64,000 nt of DNA, taken from NCBI GenBank assembly GCA_964016885.1, contig OZ024743.1, positions 169,260,001 through 169,324,000 of the forward strand, in the 5' to 3' direction. Position numbers and translations under genes: made by a program. Numbering within the stretch: the stretch's first letter is position 1; each line of letters starts with the position of its first letter. This DNA is from Eledone cirrhosa. Lineage: Eukaryota. The notes below the pieces were generated by a model. The model was not told the origin of the DNA, searched no databases, and saw only the letters and a list, made by a program, of their open reading frames with translations. This document shows positions 55,443 to 64,000 of the stretch, one piece after another.

Positions 55443-55646
55443 TCCTGTGTCAGTGTTGAACAAAAGGGCGACGATGGTTGCCGAGCACTGTACGGCGTAA
55501 TTCGGGCTGTTTGTTTACAAACAAACCGAACATTATAATAAATGTTCGGTAAACCCATACGTACATATATATATGTGTGCATGTATTTATATATATACAT
55601 AATACTGTTCGTCTGTACATATATATGTATGTACGTATAAATACTT

Positions 55647-55697
<51 letters not shown>

Positions 55698-55847
55698 CAG
55701 GTACACATACATATATGCACGTATCAGTTTAGCGGACGCTTATTATAACGCCGCTTTGTTCGTTTGTAAACAAACTGAACAGCCTGAATTTATGCCATAC
55801 GGTGTTAAGGCAACCACGTCACCTTTTTGTTCAACACTGACACAGGA

Positions 55848-55890
55848 ACGATGTACTAGTTTCAAGCTTGTTAACTATCATCAGCACCGT
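55848..55890 (-). ncRNA. Minimal HHR motif (inverted sister of 55400-55442)
   Basis: Minus strand: ACGGTG-CTGATGA-T-AGTT-AACA-AGCT-T-GAAA-CTAG-TA-CATCGT. Confidence 0.78.
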
Positions 55891-55965
55891 ATACCCATCT
55901 GCCAGATAGTTGAACGTTCGAAAGTGTCCGCTAAACTGATACGTGCATATATGTATGTGTACCTG

Positions 55966-56030
<65 letters not shown>

Positions 56031-56093
56031 CCCGACTGCATTCGTTAGGTTGGTTGCAACCAGAGCTTCGATGATGCTGTACTAAATTTTATT

Positions 56094-56134
<41 letters not shown>

Positions 56135-56518
56135 AGATAAATCTACCAAAATATACCGTAGTGTCCAATCCGTATGAAGAACTCAATGTAATCCAAATAT
56201 CATGAAAAGAAAATGATGTATTCAAACATTTTTTCCGCTGAAAATCACAGGAAAAAGGAGTCAAGATAAATTAATAAAAACAATTAATAAAAACAAAGAA
56301 ACAGTTCCTTATATTAAAAAATTCATCATTTTACGATCGTTTCTAGGATATATCTGTGTGTGTTGGTCGGTATATCATATAGATCTATGTAAAAAAATTT
56401 ACAAACTATTAGAGGGAATATACATACCTACACATATATATGCTGTCTTGAGAAATAATAAATATATATATATATACACATATATATACATATATATACA
56501 TATATATACTTAATGGGC

Positions 56519-56643
56519 TTCCACTGATGATTTATAAACGCCCACCTAAATATATTCTAACATGAATGTATTTTAGGCTTCTACATAAACTGGAAATATT
56601 CTCCGAATTTGTAGAAAACTTATAATGAAACAATTGTTTGGAA
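56519..56643 (+). ncRNA. Type I HHR with canonical core and multibranched stem II
   Basis: TTCCA-CTGATGA-T-TTATAA-[two hairpins]-TTATAA-T-GAAA-CAATTG-TT-TGGAA. Confidence 0.82.
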
Positions 56644-57515
56644 AGAGAGATATATTTTCACTTTAATTATATCTCATAAAATAATACAACTGGCTTTTCC
56701 ACATAATACATATTGTTAGCACCCCAAGCATTTAAATTGGGTTTATATTAAAATATAACCTAATGTTTGTTGAGTGAGATGGTTACCAGTCAGAGATTAG
56801 CTTTAAACTATCTCTGTTATTGTATTAATATTTTACTCTTGATTGGCCAGAGGTGTTTATTTCCAGGTACCTTATAAATTTGACTTTCCGTATTTATTAC
56901 TGTTGTGCGATATTGTGGTTTTTATTGGTTGTAACTTCTCTGTTTTATAGCCTAAGAAAATATATATATGCCTATGTATATAATTACATGCATACACTTA
57001 TTTTTTTTAATTAATTGAGTTCTTTACACGAGGAATTGATATTAGTTTTGAAATAACTAATTAACCCGCGTGTGTTTTATATTTTACTCTTAATTCGGCC
57101 GGATATTTACATTCCCATTTGCCCTTTAAAGCATAACTTTCCGTATTTACTACGGTTACGAGATGCGGTTTCTTATTCAGGTACAATCTCTGATTTTAGC
57201 CTAAGAAAATATCTATATGCGTGTGTAATTTATACACGCATATATTTATTTTTTTAATTTCAATTGAGTTCTTAACACGTTGGATTGATAATGTTTTCGA
57301 AAAAACTGATTAACCCGCGTATATATTATTTTTTTCCCTCCTTTCGTGGATCGTAGTTGTCACCCCTTCCCGCTTAGTGACGCTATAATACTTCCTCAGT
57401 CAAAAACTGCTGGAATTTCAAATTTGCCCGTCATTCAATGCGGGAAGGAGCAACTTAACAGACACGATCTTAACTGCGGTAAGAAAATTTTTTTCTTATA
57501 TCAAAATTTAATGGC

Positions 57516-57640
57516 TTCCACTGATGATTTATAAGCACCCACCTAAATATATTCTAACATGAATGTATTTTAGGCTTCTACATAAACTGGAAATATTCTC
57601 CGAATTTGTAGAAAACTTATAATGAAACAATTGTTTGGAA
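57516..57640 (+). ncRNA. Second copy of the multibranched HHR
   Basis: Same motif as 56519-56643. Confidence 0.82.
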
Positions 57641-57829
57641 AGAGAGATATATTTTAACTTTAATTATATCTCATAAAATAATACAACTGGCTTTTCCACA
57701 TAATACATATTGTTAGCACTCCAAACATTAAATTGGGTTATATTAAAATATAACCTAATGTTTGTTGAGTGAGATGGTTAACAGTCAGAGATTAGCTTTA
57801 AACTATCTCTGTTATTGTATTAATTATTA

Positions 57830-60244
<2,415 letters not shown>

Positions 60245-60247
<3 letters not shown>

Positions 60248-60948
60248 CTATATCCAAAATTAAGATAAATTAAATGAATTTAACCGAAATCGAAATTGTG
60301 TGTGTCATGCCATAACGGCGTGCGCCATATCGCCCGGAAAATAAGCTCAAAGATTCTATCGTGTAGGTCCGAGCATCTTATAATAACTAGAAATTGATTA
60401 ACATATATATAAACATGAATAATCACAGGAGATAATTTTTACAAGCGTGTAACCACGCATAGCTAGTTGGGTAACAAATATATAAAGTTGACTAGAACTT
60501 CATAAATAGATACCTTTTAATATGATTAATCTTCCCTGTATATATTCCATTAAAGAAATATATTTCACCAATTAATCAGATGGTAAGTCACGAAAAGTGG
60601 ATATTATTGGATTATCAACAAGGAAGAACAATGTCCAGCAATCCATGCTTACACAGCGATTTCAAACCTGCAACTGGCCGCTACCACGTGTTGTGTTTAC
60701 ACATCACAGCAGCTTCGTCTCAGTGGCGTGGAAAGGTATTCGACAACTAGAAACAGCAGTCGATTCCTTTCAACAGAATTAGCTCTACAATTAAGGAGCC
60801 GTATTTATATATCTATATCCAAAATTAAGATAAATTAAATGAATTTAATCTGAATCGAAATTGTGGGTGTCATGCCATAACGGCGTGCGCCATATCGCCA
60901 GGAAAATAAGCTCAGAGATTCTATCGTGTAGGTCCTAGCATCTTATAT
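60245..60948. repeat. ~560-bp unit plus ~135-bp terminal direct repeat between (TA)n tracts
   Basis: TATCTATATCCAAAATTAAG...AGCATCTTATA occurs at about 60245-60382 and about 60810-60947. Confidence 0.8.
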
Positions 60949-62229
<1,281 letters not shown>

Positions 62230-62390
62230 GTCTAATAAATTTTAATTCGTCGCACCACTCATTCTCCGTTTCTTATGTGATATTATACTCTGCTCTGTAA
62301 GAGCATCGAGTGCTCAAACGGCCTACCGCATACAGACGCTTTAAGCATCCTACACCAATTATATGTATATATATTTATATACATATATAT

Positions 62391-63507
62391 ACTAGCTAGA
62401 AAAATGCGTACAGCAAAAAAAAGTAATATTGTTGGAACAAACCTTTAAAAATACAGGACAAGGAAGTAAGATAAACCTTTAAAAATACAGGACAAAGAAC
62501 TAAGATAAAACTTTAAAAGAATAGGACAAGGAATATAAATTTTTACAATAATATTAGTGGCAAAATTCAATTGGTAAAAAATTGAGTTTCCATCATTACA
62601 CCAATTACAACTATGATGTTCCGCATGCATCCACTCCAACCATGATCACTTGTCTGTCATCTTTCCCGGTCCAACTCCTCGCGGATGACCCGGCGCAACT
62701 CGGACTGGGTCGGAGCAGGAACTGGAGGGGGAGAGGGAGGGGTACGGGTCTTGACTCTGGGACGATGACGGCGAGTGACCAAGGTGAATGGGCCCGTGTT
62801 CGACTCGGAATCCTGCTGGTCCTCGATGACACTTTGAGGCACGGTTGACGGTTCCGGACTGGCTTCATGGGCAGTGGTAGAAGGGCAGGTGGATAGGGCA
62901 GAGTGCTTCTTCCCTGGAGAGCACTTGAAGCAGGTGAAGCCGGCGCCGGACTCGTTGAACCACTTCCAGACAGCACTGGGCATGTTGGCGCAGCAATGAT
63001 GAAAGTTGAAGCAGGCGACGAGGGGGGAGGAGGTGGAGGCGTTGGTGCAGGAGCAACAGACTGCTGATTTGGGAGTCATTGTAGCTGGGGGATGCAGGCG
63101 CTGAGGGGGCTCGAGTAGAAGGGAAGAACAGAAATGAACCATGATGACTTTTCCTACATTTTTCCTGGCCCACTTCCTCATGAACCAATGAACCAGTTGG
63201 TACAACTCGGACTTGGAGGAGGAACACAAGACAGGGATCAATTTCATTGTATTGATATTTCTCATTAAGTAATTTCATGTTACTCAAATAAATCACTTTT
63301 ATTTGATCAATTATCTATTTTTCCAATAAAATTTTTGCCACTAATATTATTGTAAAAATTTATATTCCTTGTCCTATTCTTTTAAAGTTTTATCTTAGTT
63401 CTTTGTCCTGTATTTTTAAAGGTTTATCTTACTTCCTTGTCCTGTATTTTTAAAGGTTTGTTCCAACAATATTACTTTTTTTTGCTGTACGCATTTTTCT
63501 AGCTAGT
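62391..63507. repeat. 175-bp inverted repeats with ~33-bp internal subrepeats enclosing ~770 bp
   Basis: 62391-62565 is the reverse complement of 63333-63507. Confidence 0.9.
62657..63085 (-). pseudogene. GC-rich fragment encoding a PHD-finger-like region and coiled-coil start, probably LINE (CR1/L2-like) ORF1
   Basis: VCCSC...LVAC..FHHCC...WKW......FTCFKC, then a Pro-rich linker and ELRRVIREELDRER. Confidence 0.5.
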
Positions 63508-64000
63508 TTCCTATTTTTCAAGGCAATGCAAACAACAACTACTTAATTAAATAGTTATTACTTTAGTTACTTCTATCAAAAAATCCCAAAAATGATGTTA
63601 ATGAAAACTATAGGTGAAAGTGAAGCTATTCTTTTGTGACCTCTTAGTTACTTGTACCAATTTTGAATTTAATTCAAGCTACAGTGTCAGCCTGTGCATT
63701 GGAGTCACAGAAATAAGTTGAGATATTTTATCTAATTGGTACAAGCATCCACTCCACATGGCGGGGACATAGGTCAGATCGTGGAGCACTCACCTATCTT
63801 AAAAATATTAACTTATGATAAATAAGAGTCATTTAAGAAAATACAATTTTTTTAAATTAGTAGGTGAGCATTAACAACTGAATCTAAATGGAGCAAATTT
63901 GCACCATTTGCATTTAGTTGAAAATAACATTTTAATTAAACATGACAAATTCTAATGCAATAGAAGGCAAATATCAATTTTCACATGCAAATTTTTTTGG

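Larger units (their letters stand above)
56510..57824 (+). mobile_element. Non-coding element with two ~320-bp direct repeats, each carrying an HHR (period ~997), between (TA)n tracts
   Basis: 56510-56829 repeats at 57508-57824; no credible ORF inside. Confidence 0.85.

Noticed and set aside
63510-64000. Host-gene exon in the terminal unique-looking sequence
   Set aside because: No ORF or recognisable motif supports it.

Overview
This is AT-rich, repeat-dominated animal DNA with no recognisable host gene. The SINE fragments resemble Octopus-type tRNA-derived SINEs, so a cephalopod source is likely (inference). The window is a nest of decayed retroelements: two R4/Dong-like RT+restriction-like-endonuclease non-LTR elements, three Tx1/L1-like fragments, an RTE fragment, two Ty3/Gypsy LTR elements, and several GIY-YIG Penelope-like elements (PLEs) with their typical tandem/inverted architecture, mostly inserted in (TA)n tracts. 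The main unexplained signal is about 20 type I hammerhead-ribozyme (HHR) motifs found by eye. Many have palindromic stem III, 40-95 nt insertions in stem II, or the U3-A8 compensatory core. They mostly lie in non-coding 0.5-1 kb units arranged as a monomer plus partial repeat, or as a 6.4-copy 617-bp tandem array. These look like retrozyme-type non-autonomous elements probably mobilised by the neighbouring PLEs (inference). A second candidate novelty is a GIY-YIG PLE whose coiled-coil ORF1 meets the RT frame at an in-phase U_UUU_UUA -1 slippery site. All RNA folds were derived manually, not computed.
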